DNA of 64,000 nucleotides from Stylophora pistillata (taxonomy: Eukaryota), in the NCBI RefSeq assembly GCF_002571385.2, contig NW_019217944.1, forward strand, positions 462,773-526,772, read 5' to 3'. Position 1 is the first letter of the stretch. Each line of letters opens with the position of its first letter. The position numbers and the translations under genes were made by a program. The notes below the pieces were generated by a model. The model saw only the letters and a list, made by a program, of their open reading frames with translations. It had not been told where the DNA came from and did no database searches. Of the stretch, positions 27,416-41,300 are shown in pieces.

Positions 27416-29342
27416 TTCATTCAAATGAGATGATAAGATACGACAAGTTCATCGATTAAGACCTTCACTATGGACTACTTCTTTAAACCGTGCCTAATTT
27501 TGAGAGGTGAACTTCTATTCCATTTGTCGCTAAACACTGGCGTATACAAAATCTTTCCTTCAGGGCTTGGCATTACCCTTCTGGTCGTCGTCTACGCATC
27601 AAGCACGTCTTTGCTTGACTTCCCTCATAAAATGTATTTGAAATATTTTAAGCCTTTTCATCTCCAAGGGAATGATATAGAGGACGGATAACCTAATTAT
27701 CAGTCAACCTGCATTTGCTAGCCTTTTGCGTGAGTGGGGGTGTCGCACGAGGGTATGGGACGACAGTGAACCGGAAGAGAGGGTTCGGCAAGGAAGAGTT
27801 TTGAGTAAATATAATTTCACCAACAGTTTACACTTGTATTGGTGCAAACCTCAATAAACAAAGAGTAATAGATTAAAAAATTAGGTAAATTTTTCTTGGA
27901 AAGTTTTGAGGAAGTCACAAGTTTAAAAACTCGTGAGGAAAATGGCATGGTTAATTTGATGTAAAAGAAGGTCAGGATTTTGAAAACCAGACAGCCCACC
28001 CCTTGATGGTATTCTGGAGAGTACCACTTGGGTATGTCTACTTTCCCAGCTGGGTGCTGCACTCTCCAAAAACTGAGTGCCATCAGAATTACCCAAAAGC
28101 TCCTAATGAACTCTATATCCATGCCAAGAGACAAGATTTCATTTTTGATACTTCAAACACAACGAATATATAAAATTCATAGATCTGGCCTGATAAATAC
28201 AAATACATTTTTGTTGCTGTTCAAATTTTTTTTTTAATCATTGATTTCTCTACCCCTTTATTTTTACAAAATTAAAGGTATGACTCGAAAAATAACTGAT
28301 TTGACACTTGCACTGTCAAATCAGTTTTTTAATTTAAAAAATCATTTGCCACCATTGAAAGTTCCCAACAAACAACCCTAAAAATAAGACTTGAAGAAAT
28401 GAAACAAAACCTTAGAAAGTACATCAGACACTCAGCTGTGGGATGATTTCTGGTGATGTCATCTTTCACATCTCATTCTATTAATCAGTAAATAAATAAT
28501 GGTCATGCAACATAATTCAACACAGGCATTTTACCCTCTTAAATATATTGTTTCAAATAAACTATTTTTGGCCTTTTTCCCTCTACATTGAATGTCCTCA
28601 ACAAGACCTGAGGAACAGTTCAAAACCTCACAAATTCTACAGAAAAAAAAAAAAAAAAAAGAATGCTAACTAGGTCACTAATACATTTAAATTAACAAAC
28701 TGACTAATTAACAACCAAGAATAATGTAAATGGTCAGGATGAAAGTTAAAATTAACGATTAGTGATTAAATGATTAAGGTCAGTGATTAAAAAAAGCTAT
28801 TTTTTGTAAGGAGGGGAATATCAGGGGGTTCTGCACACCACAGTACTACAAAAAAAATCAGCAAATACTGCAATAGTGCAAGAAGATTTGAGTTTTGAAA
28901 CTCAGTATCATGCTGAAACAAACACTCTCTCTCTTATGTCTAGAGCAAATAACAAGGAAATACCAATCAAGAATTTGTTAATGAACTTGTAAAGATTCCA
29001 TAGATTTATGTCAATCATGCACAGTTTTGTAAATGTACACATCAATTAGTTGGTTGAAAAATGACTCCCAGACTGAGCTGGAAATTCATCACACAAAACA
29101 AAATGGTCCACTAATCATTCAAAAATTTGTTCATGTGGACATAAAAAGATCTTACCATCTTTAATCATTATCCACAAATAGAAAAAAAAGATCAAATCAC
29201 CATTCACACACACAAAAAAATTGCCCAATCATGCTTAAAAAAAAGTTTGATGGACCCTTTACTTATAATATGAATTGAATCCTTCCTATGCATCAATTTA
29301 ACCATCATTATGTAGTGCCACTGGTTCCCCAGTAATGTCCTC

Positions 29343-31999
29343 TTAAGAATCTATATGTGAAACATCTTCTAGAGGTTGAGTTTCCATTTCAACATAACGC
29401 CGTCGCCAGCACTGTCTCCATCCCACTTGACTGGTGATATAATACACAGCTCGTGCCAAGAAAACAGCTCCAATGATCACAAAATAGCTCCCGTAAATCA
29501 CAAACTGTGAACAAGAACGATTTCAATTCACTTTCCTGTCATTGTTTGCAATAATTACTCAAAGTTTAACTACCAAAGTATAAGCACTTAACAGATGCTT
29601 AAATTATTTTCAAGGTTCTCTGTAACCCTTCAGAGACTCTTGTAAATTCTAACTACAAATAACCATAAACGCATGAATACCTGTGTTTTAACTGGAATGT
29701 GTAGGCCTCCATCCACCACAACTGCTGTCAAGAGTGTTGAAACCAGAAGTGCAGCAAACATATTTATTCCAAACACCAAGGCAAATCTTGTCATTTCCAC
29801 ATGTTTGGCCACCTGCAGACTTAATAAAGAAATGAAAGATACATCACAATATCCACAGTAAAGCACATCAGAAAATTCATACTTGTCCTTGTGAATAGTA
29901 TTAGGAAAAATTGTTGCAAAATATAAAAGTGGTCTGTTTCTAAAGAAACTGTGGTGCTACATTGGTGGGGGGATTACTAGATAATTTTGTTTTATCAACT
30001 GAGTTCATGATGAAAATTGGCCACTGTCAGAGTGAAATAGGAAGGGCTAATGCTCAAAACATCACTTTTAGAAAGTCTTTACAATTTGGCCAGTTTACAA
30101 CATCAACTCAGTTGACAAAATCAAATTATTTTGTTGCAAAATATAACTATTTGACCCACTTAAAGAAGAGCTTCATTAATCAAATCAGATGACAAAATAC
30201 TACAACATTCCTTAAAAAAAGAAAACACTACATATTTGTTCTTACTTCATTTTGACATCATTGCTATCATCTATTTAAGCAACAGAACACATTTTCCAGG
30301 TTCTATCATATTGCGACCAAGCCATGTGGGATCGATGCTGGGAGAACGAGAGGTAAGCTTGTAAATCACAAGCCTTTGGCTTGTGATTTATAAGCTTTGC
30401 AACTGCCTTTATGACATAACTAGTTAAATGACGGCTCTATAACCTGGTAAAACATCCACTTGGAAACTGAATTGACCAATCTGACAGTGTGTCCTATGTT
30501 CATTACTTAGTTCTTATTAACTGAGCGGGAGGTCTATGGGAGAATCTTGACTGAGGTCGCCAGTACAGACTGAACGCATTGAGGTCTGTACCAGCGACCG
30601 AGGTCAAGATTCTCCCATACAGACCGACCTAGCTCGATTAATAAGATGTTTATTATATGGCTGTCTTATATGCCAATTTTTTTATATTCTTTGTACCTTT
30701 TTTTTCTAGACCGGTCTAGATGGGAAAATTTAGACCGCTTTCAATATTGATTTCTACCAATCAAATTCATGAATTCGATAGTACCATGTCCTTGTGAGAC
30801 ACAGCCATATAATAAGTTATTATACAGAATAAACATACTGCAAAACGGAATCTCTTTGATAAAATAACTTTTCCACAGGAATTCATTTTTAGTTCTAATG
30901 TTAACTTCATGAAAAAACTTTGCCATATACCAACTATATTCATTAACTTTTGAAAAAAAAAATTCAATTACCTTGCTATTGTTATCAGGAAAGTATATGC
31001 TGTGCGAAACAGGACGTACATGAGATATGCCAACCAGATGTTGCCGGTCTCTGCACTTAGGAAAAGAAAGAATGCATCAGCTACTGACACCACCCCCAGA
31101 CACAATTCCCCAAACATGGACCAATTAATTTTCACATGTGCCAATGCTACAGCCACTAATGACCCAGTTAAGTGTGAGATTGCAGTGACTCCACCATTGT
31201 AAATTTTGTGGTTGTGGTCGTGAGATGTGTAGATAATCTCCCATAAATTCTGTACGTAATTTTCAACTTGGAATTCCCCACCAGTTGCAAAGGCCCACCA
31301 AAGAGACCACCGCAGCAATTCTTTGTCAGAATAGCACAGCTTAAAATCACGAAACATGGCAATCATTGTTCGCTTCCATGAAGATATACAACCGTTATCT
31401 TGTTCTTCGATTAGATCATCAGATTCTGTCCTGGTGCTAAAAACGTTCCCAGAAGCTTTGGGTAGCAGGAGTGTTAGTATACAAGAGATTGAAACACTAG
31501 CAAGAGAGATGTAATTAAGAACCAGATAGTCAGTCAATTTGAACGTTATTAGAAGCTGGCCAACTACTCCAGACATCATTCTTCCCAACAAGACTGCCGC
31601 CCTGGTATAACTGGTCACGATCTTGAAATGATCTCTGTCAACTACCGCATAAATGTAGGAATAGTAAGCTACTTCAGCTCCAGTAGCTACTCCATAGGCG
31701 AACTGCATGAATTGCATCGCCAAAACTGTACCGGTCCAAATCAGAAGGATTCTTGTGGCCAAATAGGCCAGCCCCTCGATTATAATAACGGGTTTGTATC
31801 TCAACAGATCTGTGACTAAAAACACAACGAACAGAGTTAGAAGGTAGGAGTAGGTCCATACAGGGTAGATTTTCTCCAAATCAGCTTCTGTCAGATTCTT
31901 TGCTTTCAAATATGGAGTTAGGAAAGGCTCTGATGGTTTCATTTCTTTAAAAAAGCCATAGGAACAGAGAAGTATAGTAGCTTTGATCCAAAACTCCAT
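29343..31999 (-). CDS. SLC19 family transporter, thiamine transporter SLC19A2/A3-like (3 coding exons, 442 aa)
   Basis: Exons 30972-31999, 29681-29819, 29343-29504 (1329 nt, phases 2/0). Family motifs YGFFKEMKPSEPFLTPYL, IYPVWTYSYL, DLLRYKPVII, AYYSYIY, WSLWWAFAT, YNGGV, FALVFGINMF; multiple hydrophobic helices. Confidence 0.93.
30513..30815. mobile_element. Related palindromic element in SLC19 intron 1
   Basis: Hairpin cttattaac...attaataag at 30513-30645, followed by the inverted repeat ttattatatggctgt / acagccatataataa; same architecture as the elements at 2310 and 17951. Confidence 0.75.
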
Positions 32000-32322
32000 C
32001 TTTTGGGTGGTGGTAGTATATCAATAATGTTCTGTCTGAGAAAACACCATCGGCACGTGATAACGATTAAAAAAATCAGGAAGTGAGCAAGTACCTGACT
32101 AGTGGGGGTGGAGAGGTGAAGTGTCAGAAAAAGGAAATTGAAGCGCCTGGACATATCTTCTGAATCAAGTTACATTAAACCCATTCCAACTTTTTCGTTT
32201 TCGACTTTTATTTTCTTGAATACCGACGAGGTTTTTTTTTCTATCAAGAAAAGGTGAACCCTCATTTCAATTTCCCCCTCCCAGCCCTAATTAGAATTAA
32301 ATCATTCTGAACACAAAGAAAG
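32000..32322. promoter_or_regulatory. Putative bidirectional promoter / overlapping 5' region of SLC19 and GPCR-A
   Basis: Divergent ATGs at 31999 (-) and 32323 (+). Confidence 0.5.
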
Positions 32323-35300
32323 ATGGCTGCTAACTGTACACTGTTTGCAGAAAACCAACACTACTGCGTAAGTATTGATCTGTTTTGTTTCATTTGAAAT
32401 CAGTAAGGTAAATAATTTCTGTGCTCCATCTATGGTGTCTTACAGAAAGTAATCGCCATTGTCAAGCAGACGGTAGCTTCTTTTTCCCTGGTTGCCAGGT
32501 GAGAACTAAACGCAGCTAAACGATAAGGTCGCCTTTTTCTCTTAGTGATCAATATTATGAAATTGTTTAGAAATATTGTAAATAATAGAGTAAAATGGCT
32601 CCATATCCTCCTGTTTTCTCTATATGGAAACATACCACATTACCTATGTTCCCTGAATTCGAAGTTTAATTTCAAAAGCATTTCCTCGATCCATCGCACA
32701 TATTCCTCGATCTATGAAACTCGCCAAGTAAGCAAGTTCGTATTTAAATTAGATATTATGTTGAAACTCGGATATCTTTTAATGTTTGTGTAGGCTAGAT
32801 TTCCCTTAGCGTATCAGTGTTTAACTGAAATTAATTATTGCCATGACAAGCTAAAACTGATGTTTGGCGCATATTGACGGCCCGGAGTTTAAAAACATTC
32901 GATAGAGTTCACGTATGTGAACGTGATGTTTTTGTTTTGAGGATTCGGTCGACCAGCTTATATCCAGATATTACTCGTAATACTGTTCTAACCTTTATTT
33001 TGACATTAGCTATCACAATTTAGAAGTTTTCATTCAAAACTTTCGGAGCTTGCACTTATCACGTTAATTTCACATTTAGATCGAATAAGAATTTTTGCGT
33101 GCGAATATATGAAATAAATATTTGGTTTTCTAAATTTAATTTAACATCCTTAACCGCTTTCAATATGGCTTCAGACCTCACCACTCTACTACAATGGCTA
33201 TTCTTGAATTTGTTAACAATGTTTATGAAGGCTTTGAAAATAATGAATGCACCGTTGGAATTTTCTTAGACCTTAAGAAGGCATTCGATACAGTCAACGA
33301 TCAGATGCTTAACAACAAATTAAACTTTTATGGCATCCGTGGTACTCCTCTAGCCTGGCTCAATAGTTATTTGACTAATGGTCAATGACCATGTGTCTTC
33401 CAATAAAACAGTCAAGACTGTGGGGTCCCTCAGGGTTCAGTTCTTGGCCCTCTCCTTTTCCACGTATACATTAATGATATTTTCCACTCCTCTAGTTACC
33501 TCTCTTTCATTCTCTTTGCTGACGATACCAATATTTTTTTTCGTCATAAAGACTTGGCTACTCTAGAAAACATTGTTAATCAAGAGCTTTCTCATGTCTT
33601 CTCCTGGTTTAATGCAAACAAGCTTACTATCCACCCTGACAAGTCCAAATGTGTTATCTTCCATCCACGGTGTAAACAGATTGATCTCTCCAAAGTTAAC
33701 ATCTATATAAATAACCCTCCTGTAACCCAGGTGGAGAAATGTACATTTCTTGGAATTATCATTCACGAAAATCTCTTATGGAAACATCATATTATTACTG
33801 TCTGTGATAAGGTCGCTAAGGTTATAGGAATTTTACGTAAATCAAGATGATATCTACCCTCGCATACCCTAAAAACTTGATATAATTCTCTTTTGCTACG
33901 GTACCATAGATTAATTATTGTAATTTGATTTGGGGGCCTACATTTGCCTCCTACTTCGAACCACTTTATATACTACAAAAGGAAGCCATTCATATTATTA
34001 CATTCTCTCCTCCACTAACACAGAGTAAACCTCTTTTTTCTAAGCTCAATATTCTTTAGCTCCACTTACTCTACAAATTCCATGTATCCTGTTTTGTTTT
34101 CTCATATTTCAGTCGCCTTGCAATTAATTGTGCCTGCCACACTTTCTTCGCTTTTACATTTCAATCGTGAGTTTCATGATTATTCAACTCGCTCTTGTTT
34201 TAACTTACACAAATTCTCGCATAGGTATCAATTTACTATTTGTTCCCGAGCCCCAATTATTTGGAATGATATCCCTCTGACTTTCCGTAACAGCCTTACC
34301 ACTAGTAACTTCAAAAAGAAGCTTAAATTGTACTTCTTGAACCTGAATTGAATTTTTAGCTACCAAATTGAATATGATACTGAACCTCTGATATACCCGG
34401 ACTATTGTTTACTACTTAGATTAATCTACTGCTCTTTGTAAATTTGTGAACATTATACTGAACTTCTAATATTGTAATATCTAATATTCAAATATTCAAT
34501 TATTGTTTATTACCTAGATTTGATTACATTAGATTAGATTAGATTAGAATACCGTAGATTAGTCTATTGTTCTTTGAAAAATTAGTCTTTGTCTCTGACC
34601 ATAAGCCATTTAAGCCTCTGGCTTTGGCCAATCTTAGAAATTCACTTGTATGACACAAACAATAATAATAAATAAATAAATTTCATGAATATAATAGGCT
34701 GTTGAAGTATGACTGCATTTCATGATGTAAAATGTAGTGATCTATTTTCAATTACAATTACATTTTGCAGCCTCTTCATAATATTTGTCATATGGCTTTT
34801 CAGAAAGTACAAGTATTTTGTGCAGGTACAAGATCCTGATTTCACTTATAACTTATATTGAAAATATATGTTGATGTCAACAATCACATTACTGAGCATC
34901 TTTGACTTACAAACTACTCTACTGATCATGAGTAGGAATCTGCACATTACCTAATCTACAACACTTACTACTTTCAACGACTGACTCTGGAAAGGTGGTT
35001 TAGAATGGACTCCCCTCAACAGGTGCCAATTACTGTAGGCAACATACAAATGAATTAATTGTGAAATGAACATAACAGAACAACTTAACTTTACTGACGG
35101 ATTGAAACTGACTAATCATGATTGACTTTTACACTGCTTGAGTCTTACAGCCAATAATATCATGGCTTAACTGACCAATCAGTTTATACAAACCAAACTT
35201 ACTGCATAATTGACTGACAACAACTATTCACTTGGCTCTGGTGATGACTTCTACTCTGGTTATTGAATTGTCAGTGACCACTACCAACAACAGTTCTCCT

Positions 35301-38300
35301 CAGGACTACACTCACCTGGACAATCTGATTACACGATCACATAAAAATATTTAATGAGCTATGTTGTGTATAGAGATGAAGACAATGTTTAAGTTATAAC
35401 CAACTAATCTCTTACTGCCACATGCTACACAAAACATGATGGCCTAGTGCACCTAGTCATTAATTGAAATGTGGCTCAACACAAAAACTACTTTTACAAA
35501 AGTATACATTTCTAAGCACAGAATGTATAAAATGTTAATAACACAAAAGTAATGTGTACTCACCACTCCTTTGAATTGATGGTTTATGCCAACAGAGACT
35601 TATCTTGGCTCTTAGTTTTGCTGCTTGTCTTGACAGTATAAGCTATCTACTGGTAAGTATCCTGTATAAAGCTTACTGTAAGTCTAATAGACATACAGAG
35701 ATATGGTGTAGATGAACAGACAGATAGAAATACCTTTTGCTCATGGTGAGTGGAGCATTTCTCATTTGCATTCAGTTATTTTGTTTTTGAAAAAAAGTAA
35801 AGCCAAATACTATAGGTTGAGTAGTATGAAATGTATAATAAATTATAAGACATTGCCTGAGAGTTGTAAACTCTATCTTCTACTGTTGTTACAATATGCA
35901 CCTTACATCCTTGCACGGTGGTATGTTAATGAATGGTTGATTAAACTGATCTTGAAACAATAGCTTTCATGTTTATTCCAGACAGGTGTTCCTCCAGATG
36001 ACAACATTTTATGTGACTTCCAGGCCTGGCTTCTTTCTTTTACAAGTATGTAGACTGTTTTAAGTTAAGAGCAAGTACTTGATAGTACTTCAGTTCTCTG
36101 ACCACGTTATGCTCAATTATAACAATAATAATAATAACAGCAGTTTATTAAACTCTCTTGCAGTAACTTACTGAATTAACGAGTTATGATACAATGAAAA
36201 CTTAATTAGAATGACTATGTACATTTCTGCATACATTAAGTACAAGTCATATACACTACACGGAACATACATCACATTTGTTAAAAGTACTTAAAAGTTA
36301 AAAAGTCTTTGGTGCTCTTCATTCTATAGGTAGTAACATCTCTGTAAAGATACAACTTGTCTGATTTGTGCCTGAGGTTATAGGGACAGGTATTGTCTAA
36401 GTGTGTTGGTAGAAGAGGATGGAGAGGGTGGTTTAAGTCCTTCATTTTGCACATATACTCTTTACATATCTTATCTCTTCTATATGCAAGGGTCTCCACC
36501 CGTGCTAACGGGAGGGCTTCTGAGTAACTATCGGCACATGGGAAAATTATCTTGAGCACCCTTTTCTGTATGGATTCAATTTTGTCAGACAGATAACCTG
36601 GAATGGATTGCCATACTGGTACGGCGTACTCCATAACAGATCTAACAGCGCTTGTATAGACCTTTAACATGCTACCTTGGTCAACGCTGGCTCGACATAG
36701 AATACGTAGAGAGTAGAGCTTCTTGCAAGCTTTTTTATATATGTAGTTAACATGACTATTCCACCTAAGGTTGCTATCGATGAATACTCCTAGAATCTTG
36801 TAAGTCGATACGCATTCTATAGTGTTATTACTAATGGTCTGAGAGTAAAAGTATTAATTAGGATGCGACGTAAAGTTAATTAACATCTCTTTACATTTAG
36901 TAGGGTTTAGTCTCATGTTATGGTCCATGGAGAATTCATGAATGTTAGAAATGATCGTATTGAGCAAACTGATAGAGTTCCTGGGTATTATTTCTATGGC
37001 AGACGTGTCATCCACAAACTTGACACTCAGGTGCCAATCAGCTAAAAGATTGTTTGTCATTATTGTGAAAAGTATCACTCCCAATTTAGTTCCCTGCGGC
37101 ACACCTCCCTTGAGGAATTTCCATTCTGATAGTAATGTACCTATTGTTACAGCTTGCTGTCTGTTGGTTAGGAACACTGCGATCCAACTGATTAGCGTTG
37201 GGTCAACCTCTAGTTTTCGCAACTCAGTCATTAAGATGTTGTGGTCAATTAGATCAAAGCCTTTCCAGAAGTCAGCGAAGAAGACGCGAGCTCCTATATC
37301 AGTACAATCTATTGCATCGTAAATGGCTTGTAACATGAATAGAAGAGCATCTGTTGTCGAGTGGCCTCTACGCGCAAACTGTCGCGGGACGATTTTTCCA
37401 TGTAACTGTGGCAGCAGTTTATTGCATGTGAATCCCTCCATGACTTTTGCCAGAGTACACGTGAGCGATATCAGGCGGAGATCGCTCTTTATTTCTCTTG
37501 GTGGGTTTACCTTTGGGATTGGGGTGACGATGGAAGATTTTAGAAGTGATGGGATGTATCCCTCCTTAAGAGACTGGTTATAGATGTTTCGAATGACAGG
37601 GGCTGGTTCGTGTGCAAAGTCCTTAAGCAGTTTATTTGGGATGTTGTCGGGTCCTACAGCTTTTGCCACATTAAGCAACGACAGGGATCGAAACACTTCC
37701 TCATTGGAGACAAAAAGTTCCTCTGGTACCAGGCTTGGGGGATAATCACGGGTCAAAGGTGTAAAATGGTCTGTGAGACTTAAAAAAAAGTCATTAATCT
37801 TATCTGCAAGTAATTTGGTATTCATGGTATTCCCAAGAAACTGATGATACCACTCCTGCTGAATGTCTTGGCCTGTGAGTGACTTTATTTGCCTCCACCA
37901 CTTACTGGGATTAGTGGATTCCACTTGAGCAACTTTATCATGATAGTAATGATGTTTAGCTTTTTTGACCTCGCCCTGTACCTTGTTCCTCCAAAATTTG
38001 TAATTCTCAGAGTCCTTTCCATGTCTGAGAAATGCAGATTGTCAGGGACAGTCAGTTGGATGTTTCTTAACTATTTTTGTGGGAGGAAGGAATCAATAGC
38101 AGAAGGAAGTTCCATCATTAACAGCCTGAACTTGTCTTCACAAGACTCAGTATTAAGAACTGAGTGCTAGTCCTTCTTGGTCATCCAGTGACCGAGCGCA
38201 TGCCATGCACTGTTGCGCATATCACGTGACTCTATTTTCTTGATGATCGGTTTGTGTTCGGATGTAATGATTGGTCTGGCCAAGATGGTATGTTGATCAG

Positions 38301-41300
38301 ATGATGCGATTTTGGGCAATTGGGATACACTGAACAACTTTGGTCTATTTGTAAAAAACCAATCCAGTGTGCCTGAGTCTCTAGTTTTGAAATTTACAAG
38401 CTGCTTAAGATGGTTGGCTTGAGATATACGGTATCTTTTGACTTTAATCCTGTCGTGTGAAGATTAAAGTCGCCAGTAATTAAAACCAGGGCATTTGGCT
38501 GGTCAGATAATAGCATGTCGAGATTTCTTTGAATATGTTGCCACCAGATCACATTCTCAGGTTCATGGTTACTTGTGGAGTGGTAAATCACACCTAACAC
38601 AATTGATGTAATTTGCCTTGGTAGACTATGTTGCCTCATTGATATCCAAATTGATTCGACTTCCTCTTGTTGACAAGATTCTAAGAGTTTCCATGGCACT
38701 TTGTGATCTAAATAAATACACACTCCTCCTCCTGTAGTTATTGGATCCTTGCAAAATAGATTGTAACCAGGGATAACGACACAAGAATCTGGCACATTAG
38801 GCGACAGCCAAGTTTCAGTAATGCAAATAGCGCCTACAGAGTTGAGCTCCGTGATTTGTTGAATCTCATCCACCTTGTTCGTTAAGGCTCTCACATTAGT
38901 TGACAGGATGACAGGTATATCATAAGATTTCTGATGTTTGACCTTCTTTAAGACGCTATAATTCACTGCTCTCGTTGGCTTATCAAATTTGCTGATGGCT
39001 GTACTGCTTGTTCGGGGTTGTTTACCAGGTTAACTACAAGTTATCCTACTTGGAATTGGTCTTTGACTGGCATTAGGCTTCTCTGCTCGGGAACGCGGAG
39101 CACCACGGTATCTTAGAAGTCCGTTTGCCTTAAGTTTCCCAAGACAAGTCCTGAATTCCTGGTCATGATACTTTTGGGAACGAAGGGCAAGTAATTCCTG
39201 TCGGCTATAAACCCTAGCAGCTGCAGATGATGACAAATGAGGGCTATCGTCGTTGTTAGGTCTCTGTGGCTGTAAATTGACCAAGTTACTGGAGTCAGTC
39301 TGAGTCCTTGGAGTTCCTGGGTTGGCATGAACATCCATATATTTTGTAAGATCTTTAAATGGGAGAAAGACCCAAATAGAGCCACACTTTCTCCATTCTA
39401 CAACTGGTCTCTTCGGGGTGTTCGATAGGTTTTTGTTCAACCAAGTTGGACCAGCGTGCTCAGAAGGGACTTTCACTTGAAATAAATGACTATTCGTCGA
39501 GTTTAAATCCTTATCTCCCGATTTAACGCATACCGAAGGCAGAAATATCAATAGAAGTAGTAGAAAGTAAAGTAGAATTGTAGAACTAGAAAGCTTAGCG
39601 GCCATGTTGCCAGGCATACATATAACATTTAACATTTTATCAACAAGTGAAGGCAACCACTTTTGCCATCACTTGAGCTTAAGCTCTAATATTTTTATAT
39701 CAGGTTGCCATCTGATAGCTTTTTGTTTTGTGCAAACTTCATAAAACAGGCCAGCTACACCCCCATGTATGTGGCAACTAAAACCAGGTGATGATTGCTC
39801 AAAAGACCCAAAAACTTCTTGGGTCTGAAAATTGTCCCATAAAGCACTTGAAAAAACACACAAATTTAAGGCCTGGTTATTTTTCCCCGTGAACTTTTCA
39901 AGAACTCCCTGCCTCATCATTTGACTTGATCTGAAATAAAATGGTATAGTCATCAGGACAGTGTTCTGAATCAAACTTTTCACCCAAGATGCTACAAGGT
40001 GAGAACATTGATACTGAATATAAAGCAAAACAATGTTTTGAAAAATGATGATGATTTCTTCAGCTAATTCTATGTCAGTGGCTTAATTTATTCAAGGACA
40101 AACAAAATGAGACTCAGGGTGCCAATTTCTTCTAAGCTCAGAGGTGGAGTTAAACATTTTAAAGTATTCTAGAATATGTTTTATAGCTGGTGTTTAAACC
40201 AGAAAAAACCCTGAAATATTTGGGTGAGAATACAAGGTGTTTTCAGGAATTTTGGGAAACACTCTCTGGAACCTGAGAAAATCACCTGTAATATGGCCCT
40301 GAAAAGTTTTGACCAGAGAAGCTTTTGGGTCTTTTGAAAAATGCATGCCTGGAGTTTTCAATTTTTCCTGTAATGTAATACATATTTTCTTACCCCATTT
40401 TTGCTGTAACTAGATTTTACATCTCTCTGGATAGTTTTCTTTTTGTATACATTTTTGATCAGTCATTACCATCTTACTGATCAATAAGGAAGTCATGCAA
40501 GGAACTTGAAATCATAATGGTCTGTATTTTGTAGGTTTCTCTGTTCTTTTGTGGGTTTGCTGCATCACCTTTAACTTATACTGGAATGCCATAAAAGGAG
40601 TCAGAACAGATAATTTTGAAAAGTTAGTCAAATTTTTGTTTTGCTAGCTTGAACAGATTTTTTTTCAGTAGTTAACGGCAAGTCTCTTACAAGTGTGAAG
40701 ATTGTTTTGTTTCAACAACTTCATTGTGTAATGAACAATCAAACTAAATTGCAAGACGTGAGCAAATCTCAAAACTACATGTATAACCAAATTACCCTTG
40801 CAGTGTGCTATTTATTTTTCTTTTCACCTATTGGCTTTTTCCAAGGAATACAATAACATTCCTTATTTATCATTGGTTACCCATTCTTTTGAGTGAGTAA
40901 TGCTGCTTAGTAACATTTAATCCAGATTCATACTGTGATGCAAATGCAAATGCAAATGCAAAAGCAAACAAGTTGACTTGTCCAACATAAATGCAAAGAA
41001 AATGAGATACGCAAACACAGTAGAGGTATTTTTCCAAGATGACTGATGACAATAGTTTTTTTGTTGCAGAGTTTGCTGCAATATGTTATCATTTGTTTTT
41101 GCTTACAGAGCTCTGAGGAGAAAATTTACTGATTGGTTCTAGAATCATTGTATTACTGCATCAGTGTATTTGTTGTATATGTTTACACTCTTTTGTAACT
41201 CTTTGATTTTGTCTTTCAATTCTGGGAAACTTTTGTAGAAAAGAACAGGAAATTTCTTCACACTCTGCACAAGTTTTTCTTCTGAAATAGCAGAAGATGT

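Noticed and set aside
31002-31859. Short ORFs overlapping SLC19, and similar antisense ORFs over the LINE RT regions
   Set aside because: Shadow ORFs of real coding sequence with no independent motifs.
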